Origin: Candidatus Aenigmatarchaeota archaeon
GTDB lineage: Archaea; Aenigmatarchaeota; Aenigmatarchaeia; CG10238-14
Length of the DNA: 24,863 nucleotides
Direction of reading: 5' to 3'
Assembly: GCA_044343545.1 (NCBI GenBank)
Contig: JAWBZR010000010.1
Coordinates: 1 to 24,863 of the forward strand
Part shown: positions 7,929 through 17,181 of the stretch, piece by piece
How positions within the stretch are numbered: the stretch's first letter is position 1
Layout: each line of letters opens with the position of its first letter
The notes under the pieces: generated by a model
The model's input: the letters and a program-made list of their open reading frames with translations, nothing else
The model's database searches: none
What the model was told of the DNA's origin: nothing
Translations under genes and position numbers: made by a program

Positions 7929-9741
7929 TTCTTTCTAATGCCAGCTCATGTGCCTTTAAGTAATTGGAAATTTGAATCGACCAATCGAACCTTTCCACTA
8001 GTTCTCGAGTTTTAACCTTTTCTAAAACTCTCACTTCTTTATCAAGATCTACACACCACTCCATTATACTTACCATATCTTTTATTATATCTTCTCTATT
8101 TCTCCCTCTTATTTTAAGAACCCTCTTATCTATGCAACTTTTATCTTCACAACTTTTCATTAACTCGACGCCGAAGCCTGCCACATCTGTTGTAAGCATC
8201 AATGTTCTCAAAGCAGCGGTTTCAAAAGGTGTATATCCCCATGGCTCATACTTGGATGGAAAGAATCCCATCGAGCTTCCCAAAACGAATTCTTCATAGT
8301 CCATTGATAACAAGCCGTCAGTGACTGAAACATAAGTCGGATAAAAAACCACTTTAACTTTATCTTCCTTTCTGTTTTTCAATCCATGTTTTTGCAAAGC
8401 GTCAAGTATGATATCGTTCTCGTAGCTTAGATCAAAAGCGCACAAGGGTGGGTTTTCTTTTTTGATTTTAAAATGTTTTGACAATATTTTAATCTTTATT
8501 TTAAAATTTTCATCAATAATTTCATCGATTTTTATTTCTCTACCATTTATTATTTCTTCTACTATTTCATCTTTTATAGCATCAAGACTATCATCAACTA
8601 AATCTTTTATTTCTTCGTATTTTACTATTGATTCCAATAATTCTTGTTTTGGTCCCTTAATTGCAGAAGGTATGAGTATAAAAGCAAAAACTAACTTTTT
8701 ACTATTATTTCTTTTCATGTTTTCATTTAATCTACCCAAGCTCTCAATAAATAGGTCTACTCCCTTGTTGAAAAATTCATATCTTCCAGAAATAAAGAAT
8801 ACAATGTTGTTTTTCATGTTTTCAAGTGAATAGTAAGGAGAAAAATAAGCGGAAAGAAACTCGTTTATCTTCTCTCTGTATTTCTCATGCAAGACCATCA
8901 TAGTTCTCGTAGACGGATATTTTGAAAGATCTAAACCATTTATCGTTATAATATCAGGTTTTTTCCCCAGAATATATGTAGCTTCGTCTGACACGATTTC
9001 GCTAACTGCAGTAAATACTTCTGAAAGATGTGCTGAAAGCTTTTCTATTTTATGTTGCGCTTCCAATCCAAACTTATAAGCTTCACTTTCGTCCATCACT
9101 TTGTTAGCCTTTAAGCCTGAATACACTTCATCCATTAGATTTTCACCAGCACTTGATTTTGCTCTACCAATTCTAGTTGCATGAGTTGTAAAGACTTTCG
9201 CCACAGGTATTTTTTTGCTAACCAAATATAAGATAGCTCCTCCACTTAACCACTCGTGAAAGTGGCAGATGATTTTACCGGAAAAAATTTTTTCTTTTAT
9301 CAGTTTTTCTATCAACATACCAACAGCAGTTGACCATGCCAATGGCTCATCATAATCAAAACCGGTTCTCAAAGAGTCTACACTAAACTTTTCCCACAAT
9401 TCCTTTTTTATTAAATCAACGTTTCTCACTCCATTTATGACTTTTTCCCTAAAAACACTCGTCTCGAGTAATATCAAATTTACATCATTAGCATTTATCC
9501 ATTTTCCATAATAGCAAATTATTCCTTCTTTTTTCAAATCTTCAAAAATTTTTTTAAATTTCAATGGTGTCTCTTCCTCTTCAAAATCTCTCAAGTTGTT
9601 TTTATTATAAAAACCTATTGCATAATAATTTTCGCCATAAATTTGTTTCATAAATCTTGCTTTTGACACTAAAACCGTATATATGCCGCCAACTTTATTT
9701 CCTGCCTCAAATGAAACTTCCAAGCAAACTTCAGGCTTCAT
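7909..9741 (-). CDS. Glycogen synthase, GT3 family
   Basis: EVSFEAGNKVGGIYTV, HFHEWLSG, FTTHAT, SGRYEFFNKGVD, KVVFYPTY, FPSKYEPWGYTPFE. ATG at 9741; TTG at 9744 also possible. Confidence 0.93.
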   Translation of the reverse strand: MKPEVCLEVSFEAGNKVGGIYTVLVSKARFMKQIYGENYYAIGFYNKNNLRDFEEEETPLKFKKIFEDLKKEGIICYYGKWINANDVNLILLETSVFREKVINGVRNVDLIKKELWEKFSVDSLRTGFDYDEPLAWSTAVGMLIEKLIKEKIFSGKIICHFHEWLSGGAILYLVSKKIPVAKVFTTHATRIGRAKSSAGENLMDEVYSGLKANKVMDESEAYKFGLEAQHKIEKLSAHLSEVFTAVSEIVSDEATYILGKKPDIITINGLDLSKYPSTRTMMVLHEKYREKINEFLSAYFSPYYSLENMKNNIVFFISGRYEFFNKGVDLFIESLGRLNENMKRNNSKKLVFAFILIPSAIKGPKQELLESIVKYEEIKDLVDDSLDAIKDEIVEEIINGREIKIDEIIDENFKIKIKILSKHFKIKKENPPLCAFDLSYENDIILDALQKHGLKNRKEDKVKVVFYPTYVSVTDGLLSMDYEEFVLGSSMGFFPSKYEPWGYTPFETAALRTLMLTTDVAGFGVELMKSCEDKSCIDKRVLKIRGRNREDIIKDMVSIMEWCVDLDKEVRVLEKVKTRELVERFDWSIQISNYLKAHELALERIKASSL

Positions 9742-9745
9742 CAAA

Positions 9746-9774
9746 ATAATTTTGTTTTCTTTCCGATATAAAAA
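9746..9774 (-). promoter_or_regulatory. Promoter of the GT3 gene (TATA plus AAACAAAATTAT element), probably leaderless mRNA
   Basis: Minus-strand TTTTTATAT at 9774-9766, an 8-nt gap, then the 12-mer at 9757-9746. Confidence 0.55.
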
Positions 9775-9857
9775 TATCTTCTAAAATATTTTAAAGATTC
9801 TCTGGAGGAAATTATGCGAAAAGCTAATTATAGTTCAGTAAGATATTACTAATTAAT

Positions 9858-10784
9858 ATGGAAGATTTAACAGTAATAGGAGATGCAAACATAGACTTTA
9901 TCACTTCACCTTTCAAAAAACTTCCAGAAAAAGATAAGCAAATAACCGTTGATGACATCAGCATCATGCCAGGAGGCTCTGCTTTTAATCTTGCCATAGC
10001 CGCCTCTCGTCTCGGCTTGAAAACAAAATTCATCGGAAGAGTGGGAAAAGATTACTATGGAAACTCGTTGTTAGAGATGGGTAAAAAAAATGGCGTAAAA
10101 ATGAGTGTCAAAAGAGAAGGTGTGACTGGAATAACAATGGCTCTGAACTTTATTGATGGAAGTAGATCTTTTATAAGTTTTAAAGGCAGCAATAATCAAC
10201 TTTCACTGAAAGATTTTTCTTTGGATGATATAAAGGGAAAATGGTTGGCGATAGGTGGATACAATTTACTCAATTCATTGAGAAAAGATATACCAAAATT
10301 AATAGAACACGCAAAAAGTAAGGGAATGAAAACAAGTTTAGACCCAAATTGGGATCCAGATGGCTGGGGGGAAGAAAGAGTTAAAGATATATATCAATTA
10401 CTGCCAAAATTAAATTTTTTTTTGCCAGACATTAATGAAGCTGAAGCAATAACTTATACCAGCAATGATATCCTCATGGCAAAAAAATTATTGAACCTTG
10501 GAATATCGACAGTGCTTATAAAAGAAGGTGAAAAAGGTTGTTTGCTTTGTTTAAAAGAATATATAAAGTTGGTTCCTTCATTTAAAGTGAATGCGATTAA
10601 CACCACGGGCGCTGGCGATGTATTTCATGCTGCCTTTATAAGATGTGTGTTGAAAGGGAAAGAAATAGAAGAATGTGTAAGATATGCTAATGCGGCTGCT
10701 GCCCTGGCAACTACGAGCAGGGGAATGGAAAGATATCCTACAGAAAAACAAGTAAGTAAATTTCTTGAAAGTTTGCATTACTAG
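9858..10784 (+). CDS. PfkB/ribokinase family carbohydrate kinase
   Basis: VIGDANID, PGGSAFNLAIAASRLG, GRVGKDYYG, LDPN, NTTGAGDVFHAAF. Confidence 0.93.
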   Translation: MEDLTVIGDANIDFITSPFKKLPEKDKQITVDDISIMPGGSAFNLAIAASRLGLKTKFIGRVGKDYYGNSLLEMGKKNGVKMSVKREGVTGITMALNFIDGSRSFISFKGSNNQLSLKDFSLDDIKGKWLAIGGYNLLNSLRKDIPKLIEHAKSKGMKTSLDPNWDPDGWGEERVKDIYQLLPKLNFFLPDINEAEAITYTSNDILMAKKLLNLGISTVLIKEGEKGCLLCLKEYIKLVPSFKVNAINTTGAGDVFHAAFIRCVLKGKEIEECVRYANAAAALATTSRGMERYPTEKQVSKFLESLHY

Positions 10785-10785
10785 C

Positions 10786-11007
10786 CTATTTTATAATTCT
10801 TTTCCCTTGCTCCCAGCTTTCCCACTCTATCCTGCATTCTTGGCACTTTAACACGTTAAAAGCTTTGAAGTAAGTTGCATAGCCTGTTGAGGTATCTGAC
10901 TTTGCATGCGTAAATTGGTCTAATTTTGTTGCATGATGATAGCAAACTCCTCTCCCGCACGCTATACAAACTCCCCTTGCTTCTGCATCACAAAACCAAC
11001 ACTTCAT
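10786..11007 (-). CDS. Small Cys/His-rich zinc-binding protein (B-box/DUF2180-like)
   Basis: CWFC-x7-CIAC-x4-CYHH...CQEC; its ATG overlaps the GT4 stop codon (TAATG). Confidence 0.75.
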   Translation of the reverse strand: MKCWFCDAEARGVCIACGRGVCYHHATKLDQFTHAKSDTSTGYATYFKAFNVLKCQECRIEWESWEQGKRIIK

Positions 11008-12173
11008 TACACAATCTCCCTGTAAAAGTTATCTAAATGTTTAGCAATATTATCCCAATTAAAAGCTTCTTCTGCTGCTCTTCTTCCATTTCTTCCCATC
11101 CAACGTGCTCTTTCGAAATCAGAAAATATATATTTTATTCCCCAAGCTATTGAATTTGGCGTTTGATAAACTCTAACTCCTGTTACTTCATGCCAAACAA
11201 TTTCTCCCGCTCCCGTTCCATGTGTAGCTATGACAGGCTTTCCTGCCGACCATGCTTCTAAAACTACAACACCGAAAGGTTCATTCCTACTTGGCACACA
11301 CACAGCATCCACAGATTTGTATAAATCAGATTTTTGATTAAAATCATTTATCCATCCAGTAAATCTAACGGCATGAGCTATGCCAAGTTCGTGAGCCCTT
11401 CTCTCAAGCCAATGCTTCATATCACCATCACCCGCAAAAATAAACTTTGCGTGTGGAAACTCTCTTAAAACTTCCGGAATAGCCTCCATGAGCAAATCAG
11501 GACCTTTCATATAAGTAATTCTACCTATGAAAAGAATTGTCGGATCTAAAGGTCCTATATGATATCTTGCCTTAACTTCAGCCGGGTTTATCCAACCATT
11601 AAACTTGTGAGCGTGAATGCCATTATGCAATATCCTTATCTTATCTTCAGGTATTCTATGAACCCACTTTATTTCTTCTTTGAAAGTATGAGTCAATGCA
11701 ATAACCCTATCCGCAATATACGAGCCATACCACTCCAAACCTCTTATCGCCTCTGCTGCTCCTCCATTAAATCTATTTCCGTCTCTTCCATACTGAGTTG
11801 AATGAAAATGAAAAACAATTTTGTGACCTCTTGCTTTTTTTATTTCATCTAATGCTGGAACGACATGCCAATCATGGCCATGAATGATGTCAAACTTTCC
11901 TGAAAAATCTTCACACCTAAAAAATTCATGAACCATCGACTTGCACATGTTATGCATTTCTTGAATTAAGTCGGGATTAAAAGCGAAAGAGCAGCGATGA
12001 TAATGAACGCCATTAATGTTTTCATAAGGCGATTGTCCAGGACCCATTCTTGTAAAAACGTGGACTTCATGCCCCGCTTTGTGCTGCGCTGCAGCCAATT
12101 CTGTGACAACGGGCGAGATGCCACCGACGGCTATTGAATGTAAAGACTCCCATGAAAAATGAGCTATTCGAAT
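11007..12173 (-). CDS. Glycosyltransferase family 4 protein with a non-canonical 5' end
   Basis: HGHDWH, FIGRITYMKGPD, PSRNEPFGVVVLEAW. The frame extends upstream of the ORF-track TTG (12098) through RIAHFSWESLHSIAVGGISPVVTEL to ATT at 12173, with an in-frame TGA at 12188. Confidence 0.88.
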   Translation of the reverse strand: MRIAHFSWESLHSIAVGGISPVVTELAAAQHKAGHEVHVFTRMGPGQSPYENINGVHYHRCSFAFNPDLIQEMHNMCKSMVHEFFRCEDFSGKFDIIHGHDWHVVPALDEIKKARGHKIVFHFHSTQYGRDGNRFNGGAAEAIRGLEWYGSYIADRVIALTHTFKEEIKWVHRIPEDKIRILHNGIHAHKFNGWINPAEVKARYHIGPLDPTILFIGRITYMKGPDLLMEAIPEVLREFPHAKFIFAGDGDMKHWLERRAHELGIAHAVRFTGWINDFNQKSDLYKSVDAVCVPSRNEPFGVVVLEAWSAGKPVIATHGTGAGEIVWHEVTGVRVYQTPNSIAWGIKYIFSDFERARWMGRNGRRAAEEAFNWDNIAKHLDNFYREIV

Positions 12174-12208
12174 ATTCGATCGACCTCAGACACTAAAATT
12201 ACTAAAAT

Positions 12209-12236
12209 ATAATTTTGTTTAATCCTCAATTTAAAA
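12209..12236 (-). promoter_or_regulatory. Promoter of the GT4/Zn-finger unit (TATA plus AAACAAAATTAT element)
   Basis: Minus-strand TTTTAAAT at 12236-12229, an 8-nt gap, then the 12-mer at 12220-12209. Confidence 0.55.
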
Positions 12237-12259
12237 TTTTTCCACATCAATAGTGCAAG

Positions 12260-15058
12260 TTATTTCCAAAACTTTCTCGTCCTAACAAACCTTTTTTCTT
12301 CTTCAAAGATAGCTTTGTAAAAATCATCTTCTGTTAAATAAAAATTCTTCAAAATCCTAAGAGCCACTTTAGGTCCTATACCTCTAGCTGCCAACACTAT
12401 CACTGCTTTTTTTCCATAAACTATCACTATATCAGAAATTTTACTCATTTTTTCAAACATTTTCTTTTCTTCATTACTCATATTTTTATTTTGCAAATGT
12501 TTTCTAACTACCTTTTCTGCCTCGATGTTTTTTGGACTGCAAACTGCTATTATTTTTGCCCTGCAATTGTGACACCTTATTTCCTCCGGCACATCCTTGA
12601 CGGAGACATTTAAAGACCACTTTCCGCAATTCATACAAACTAATTTTACTTTTTTATTCAACAATCTCTTTTTGAACATCTCGAGGAGTTGAAAATCTGC
12701 CTTTTCCGGACCGGTTACTTCTCCTTTCAATCTCATACCGGCTTTACCCAAAGGACTTAATTTGTTCGAAAAAACAATTTCTATATTACCACTTTGAATT
12801 TCTTCCAAAACTTTTCTTGTGTTTTCAATATCCAACTTTTCAACCTTAATTTCATTCAAAGTTTCTTTCCATACAGGCGTATCTCTATAAACGTCGATGA
12901 TCTTTGACATAGATATCTTGCCAAAATCGGCATCCCTGCTAATTATTCCGAATCTTCTTGCAACATGCAAAAACTTGAATTGGAATAGTTTCGTGTTTAT
13001 TATTGAAAAATCAACAATTTCCTCTATGGATCGTGGTGAAGTTTTATACAAAATTTCTCTAATCATCTCCAAACCTCTTTCTGGTAATTCAAGTATTATT
13101 CTATAAGGATCTGTTTTCAAATTTACAGGGCCAAAACGCAAGGAAATAAGATATGCTAACATTCTACCCAAAGTATCATTCACCTGATTGCCGAAACAAG
13201 AATTTATTATTACAGTTTCTCCTTCGCTTTCTATCACAACTCTTTTATCAGTCGCCACGACGTACTTCATTTGACGCTTTATCGCATTTGCCATTCTTTT
13301 TGCTGTATACTCATCAACCGGATATTCTTTCATTAAATACCTCACAACTTCTTGTTTCGTATATTTAGATTTTATCATACTTTCAATTTCGCCTCTTAAC
13401 GAACCTACATCTTTTGCTACCTCGAAAGGCACTGGCATAAGCTCGCCTTCCCAAGCTGGAATAGATGCTTCCATGTCAGCAGAAGGCTCTACATAAATTT
13501 CTCTCCTATCGATTCCGACAATTTTCCATGGCTCTCCTTTTATTATAAAATTTGTTCCCTCCTCCGCATTAACAGCTACAAATTCTTCATCGAGTGTCCC
13601 AACTTTTTCATTTTTTGCAACATTAATTACTACATAATTTTTACTGTCAGGTATGGTGCTCAAATTTTGAAAATAATACAACAAACCTTTTTTAGAAATT
13701 TTCATGCTCCCCTCATCAATAAACAAATATTTTAAATCTGAAAGCAACAAACAAACTGAAAGAAAAGTTTCTTTTTTCAAATGTTTATAGGGATAAGAAT
13801 TGGTTACTATCTTATAAGCTTCGTCTATTTTCATACGATAATTGTCTCTCAATAAACCTATTATTTGATGGGCTAAAACATCCAAAGAGCCAACATGCAT
13901 TTTTATTTTTTGAATCTTTCCCATTAATGCATGCTTTGCTATAATAGCAGATTCGAAGCAGTCATCTATATCAGTAGCTATTATTACCCCTTTCGAAGCT
14001 CGCGAAAAATGATGACCAGATCTTCCTATTCTTTGTAAAGCCCTAGATGGTTGACGCGGAGACATGTAATGAATGACAAAATCTACAGAACCTATATCAA
14101 TTCCCAACTCGAGAGAAGAGGTTGCAATGATTGCTTTCAACTTTTCATTTTTGAAATCCTCTTCTACTTTTACTCTTACACTTTTACTCAAACTACTATG
14201 ATGGTTTTCTATAGGTATATCTGGAAAAGCTTGCTTGAACCGAGAAGTCAATATTTCGGCAAAATCTCTTGTATTAGTAAATATTAAAGTCGATTTATGC
14301 TCCTTTACCAACTTTTCAATTTCTCTTAGCCTGGAAACGACTCTCGTGTTCAAACCCAAAGATTCTGCAGCTCTTTCATCTTCCTCTTTCACCTTTGGTG
14401 ATATGACTTTGATTTCTATCTTCTTTGCGAAATCAGATTTTATTATTTCAACTTTATTTTTAGAAAAAAATCTTGCAACCTTTTCAGGTTCGCCTACAGT
14501 TGCACTCAACATCACGAGTTGAAACTCTCCGCAAATCATTTTTAGTCTTTCCAAAGCTAAAGCTAACTGCGTTCCCCTTTTACTCTCAACAATTTCATGA
14601 ACTTCATCTATTATCACCCACTTCACATTTCTTAAATTTTCTCTCATTTTCTTTGCTGGCAAAATAGCTTGAAGAGTTTCTGGCGTCAAAACAAGCATAT
14701 CATCAGGGAATTCTGCCTGTTTCTTTCTTTCATAAGTTGAAGTATCACCATGCCTCACTGAAATGTTTATATTCAATTCATTACTCCAAAACTCGAACCT
14801 TCTCAAAAGATCTCTATTCAAAGATTTTAATGGCGTTATATATAATATGCTGGTAGGTTTTGGCTCCTGCTCCAACCACATGCTAAATATAGGTAACACG
14901 CCTGCTTCCGTTTTACCTAATCCAGTCGGTGCTATTATCAATACGTCTTTTCCTTCAATAATTTTGGGAATGCCCATTTCTTGCGGAAGGGTCAAACTTT
15001 CAAATTTCAACTTATTCAATCCTTCTCTTATTTTTGGATGTAATCTTGAAAGCGTCAT
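12260..15058 (-). CDS. lhr: Lhr-family SF2 ATP-dependent helicase with C-terminal Cys4 motif
   Basis: APTGLGKT, YITPLKSLNRD, TPETLQ, DEVHE, SAT, HHSSLS, TSSLELGIDIG, QRIGRSGH, IPAWEGE, CMNC...CHNC. Confidence 0.92.
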   Translation of the reverse strand: MTLSRLHPKIREGLNKLKFESLTLPQEMGIPKIIEGKDVLIIAPTGLGKTEAGVLPIFSMWLEQEPKPTSILYITPLKSLNRDLLRRFEFWSNELNINISVRHGDTSTYERKKQAEFPDDMLVLTPETLQAILPAKKMRENLRNVKWVIIDEVHEIVESKRGTQLALALERLKMICGEFQLVMLSATVGEPEKVARFFSKNKVEIIKSDFAKKIEIKVISPKVKEEDERAAESLGLNTRVVSRLREIEKLVKEHKSTLIFTNTRDFAEILTSRFKQAFPDIPIENHHSSLSKSVRVKVEEDFKNEKLKAIIATSSLELGIDIGSVDFVIHYMSPRQPSRALQRIGRSGHHFSRASKGVIIATDIDDCFESAIIAKHALMGKIQKIKMHVGSLDVLAHQIIGLLRDNYRMKIDEAYKIVTNSYPYKHLKKETFLSVCLLLSDLKYLFIDEGSMKISKKGLLYYFQNLSTIPDSKNYVVINVAKNEKVGTLDEEFVAVNAEEGTNFIIKGEPWKIVGIDRREIYVEPSADMEASIPAWEGELMPVPFEVAKDVGSLRGEIESMIKSKYTKQEVVRYLMKEYPVDEYTAKRMANAIKRQMKYVVATDKRVVIESEGETVIINSCFGNQVNDTLGRMLAYLISLRFGPVNLKTDPYRIILELPERGLEMIREILYKTSPRSIEEIVDFSIINTKLFQFKFLHVARRFGIISRDADFGKISMSKIIDVYRDTPVWKETLNEIKVEKLDIENTRKVLEEIQSGNIEIVFSNKLSPLGKAGMRLKGEVTGPEKADFQLLEMFKKRLLNKKVKLVCMNCGKWSLNVSVKDVPEEIRCHNCRAKIIAVCSPKNIEAEKVVRKHLQNKNMSNEEKKMFEKMSKISDIVIVYGKKAVIVLAARGIGPKVALRILKNFYLTEDDFYKAIFEEEKRFVRTRKFWK

Positions 15059-15092
15059 GAACCAAAGATAGTATTAAAGCATATTTAAAACT

Positions 15093-15578
15093 TTAGACAA
15101 AAAAGTAGACAGCCACCGCATAAATGACATCCAAATACAACCACATCATTTTATTTTGCAACCAAATTATCAAAGAAAATGGGTATCCAAGCAACGCGAA
15201 AGCATCTTTTTTTATGTGCCTATTTGTTTCTTTCCACAAAATCTTTGCGTCAGAAGAGCTTGGAAAACAGTTATAAGCTGAGGAAAATCCTAACCAGATA
15301 AAAATCAGCTTCCAAATAATATCCTCGTAAAAATCGGAATATAGATAAAAAATAATTGCAAACAAGCTGCCAACGATGAAAGGACCTAAAACTATGAAAA
15401 GAGATTGATGGAAGCTTTTAGGTCTTTCATGAATCACATAACCTAAAGGTTCGCCAAATCTAAAATAACAAACCTTTTCCACTCTAACTTTTAATAAATC
15501 GCAAAAAATTTTGTGTCCGAATTCATGAATGATGATGCCTGGAAATGTTATTATGTTCAAAAGTTTTCTAAACTCCAT
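15093..15578 (-). CDS. Membrane-bound putative zinc metalloprotease (HExxH)
   Basis: FPGIIIHEFGH, GYVIHE, LGPF, CFPSSSDA and hydrophobic helices. Start moved to ATG 15578 to minimise overlap with the upstream gene. Confidence 0.75.
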   Translation of the reverse strand: MEFRKLLNIITFPGIIIHEFGHKIFCDLLKVRVEKVCYFRFGEPLGYVIHERPKSFHQSLFIVLGPFIVGSLFAIIFYLYSDFYEDIIWKLIFIWLGFSSAYNCFPSSSDAKILWKETNRHIKKDAFALLGYPFSLIIWLQNKMMWLYLDVIYAVAVYFFV

Positions 15579-17181
15579 GAACCTCGACCACTTTACATTT
15601 CCCATAAGGTATAACTTTTCTCGCTTCTTCAGATAGCTCGCCAAAGTACCTATCAAATATTTCCTTTACATTTTCCTCGCCAAAAGTTATTACAATATAT
15701 TTTTTGGTTCTTGATTTCACAGCAGAGACTGGACCATATATTATTCTTCCATCAAAAACTCCTATCGCCAGAGACATATCTAACCTTCTCAACCATTCTC
15801 TTTTTCCGTATATCATAAAAGAGCCTTTTTGTAATCCTGCCTCCTTTTTTACTTGCTCTGGTAAAACGTAATACACGTCTGCCTGTATGCCAATTTTCCA
15901 AGCTTTTGAATAACAAGCACAAAATTCCGCAGCCTCTTTTATAGTCGTTTCAGGAATTTTTTTCTTTTGAGGATTTTTAATCACTACAAAAGGAGATCCA
16001 GTTATATCTGCATGGAAAACTATATCACCATCTCTTGCATGCTTTCTTATTATAATCTCGTTGCTTTCTGCATCTTTACCTCCTATTACCAAAAAGCCGT
16101 CAGTTGAAAAAAACCATCTAAATTTTTCATACCATTCCATCTTTCTTTTTTCCTTTTCTTCTTTCTTAATCTCAACATTTTGAGTCATTTGACTTATTCT
16201 TTCAATTTTTTTCTTCATCTCTTTTATTTTTTCATAAAAATCTTGCAAGTTTTGATTAAAAGATTTTCTTGGATCAAACACCAAACCGCCTATAACCACT
16301 TCCTTTGCTGACGTACTTTTCGACCTTTCAAATTTTTCTTGATATTCTAAATAATTTTCCATTATTTTTTTTATGTTCTCTTTCATTTCCTCTATCTTTT
16401 TGTGATAACTCTCAAGAGCTTTCAATTGTTGCTCCCTTATCCTTTTTCTTTTTTCCTCAGCCAATGCAATATCTTTCATTTTATACACTTGATATTCTAT
16501 TTCATAATCCTTTTCAATTTCTTCATTAACATTTTCAAATTCAGGGAAATTCTTTTCTATGTTCTTGAAAAAATCATAAAGCAATTCACCATTAAAACTG
16601 CTTTTAGAATTTGGAGATATGCTTAATTTTTCACAAATTCTTTGAGCAATCTCGCCTCCAAAACCAAAATCTTTTGCTAAAACTCTTACAATTTCTTTCT
16701 CATCAACCATACAAGAAATTTCCTTCAAGGTCAATTCAAATGGATTCTTGTGTGAGGATGGTGGATAAGCATATATTTCTCCTTTTTTTATTTTTCTATC
16801 CCTCCATTCTCTCAATTCCAAACCGTGAAGAATTTTTCTTTCTTTATCAAGCAAAATTATATTGCCTGAGCCGAAAAATTCCAAAACAATAAAATAGTTA
16901 CTCGTTCTTATCTCTACTATCCTATCAAAATCTACTTGATTAACTTCTAATATTTTTTCGCCAATCAACCTACTCTTTAAAAATTCACAAAAATTTGTTG
17001 GCGAAATTCCCGCATAATTTTTTTCCGTCAAAAACATATATTTGTTCGTAATTACAAGCTTTTTTCTCCCTAAATCAAGCAAAAAACCAAAAGGTAATTG
17101 TTTAATCTTCGATATCCTCAAGTTCTTCAAGTTCATTTTTTTTAGAAGAAACATCAATTCCAAGCTGCTTATCTCTTTCAT
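15568..17181 (-). CDS. rqcH: Ribosome quality control factor Rqc2/NEMF/RqcH (NFACT family)
   Basis: QVDFDRIVEI, LEFFGSGNIILLD, YAYPP, coiled coil, WYEKFRWFFSTDGFLVIGGKDAESNE, FHADITGSP, YSKAW, GSFMIYG. Confidence 0.92.
   Translation of the reverse strand: MKEISSLELMFLLKKMNLKNLRISKIKQLPFGFLLDLGRKKLVITNKYMFLTEKNYAGISPTNFCEFLKSRLIGEKILEVNQVDFDRIVEIRTSNYFIVLEFFGSGNIILLDKERKILHGLELREWRDRKIKKGEIYAYPPSSHKNPFELTLKEISCMVDEKEIVRVLAKDFGFGGEIAQRICEKLSISPNSKSSFNGELLYDFFKNIEKNFPEFENVNEEIEKDYEIEYQVYKMKDIALAEEKRKRIREQQLKALESYHKKIEEMKENIKKIMENYLEYQEKFERSKSTSAKEVVIGGLVFDPRKSFNQNLQDFYEKIKEMKKKIERISQMTQNVEIKKEEKEKRKMEWYEKFRWFFSTDGFLVIGGKDAESNEIIIRKHARDGDIVFHADITGSPFVVIKNPQKKKIPETTIKEAAEFCACYSKAWKIGIQADVYYVLPEQVKKEAGLQKGSFMIYGKREWLRRLDMSLAIGVFDGRIIYGPVSAVKSRTKKYIVITFGEENVKEIFDRYFGELSEEARKVIPYGKCKVVEVHGV

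Noticed and set aside
15579..15656. Longer N-terminus of the HExxH protein given in the ORF track
   Set aside because: It overlaps the rqcH 3' end extensively; ATG 15578 is more parsimonious
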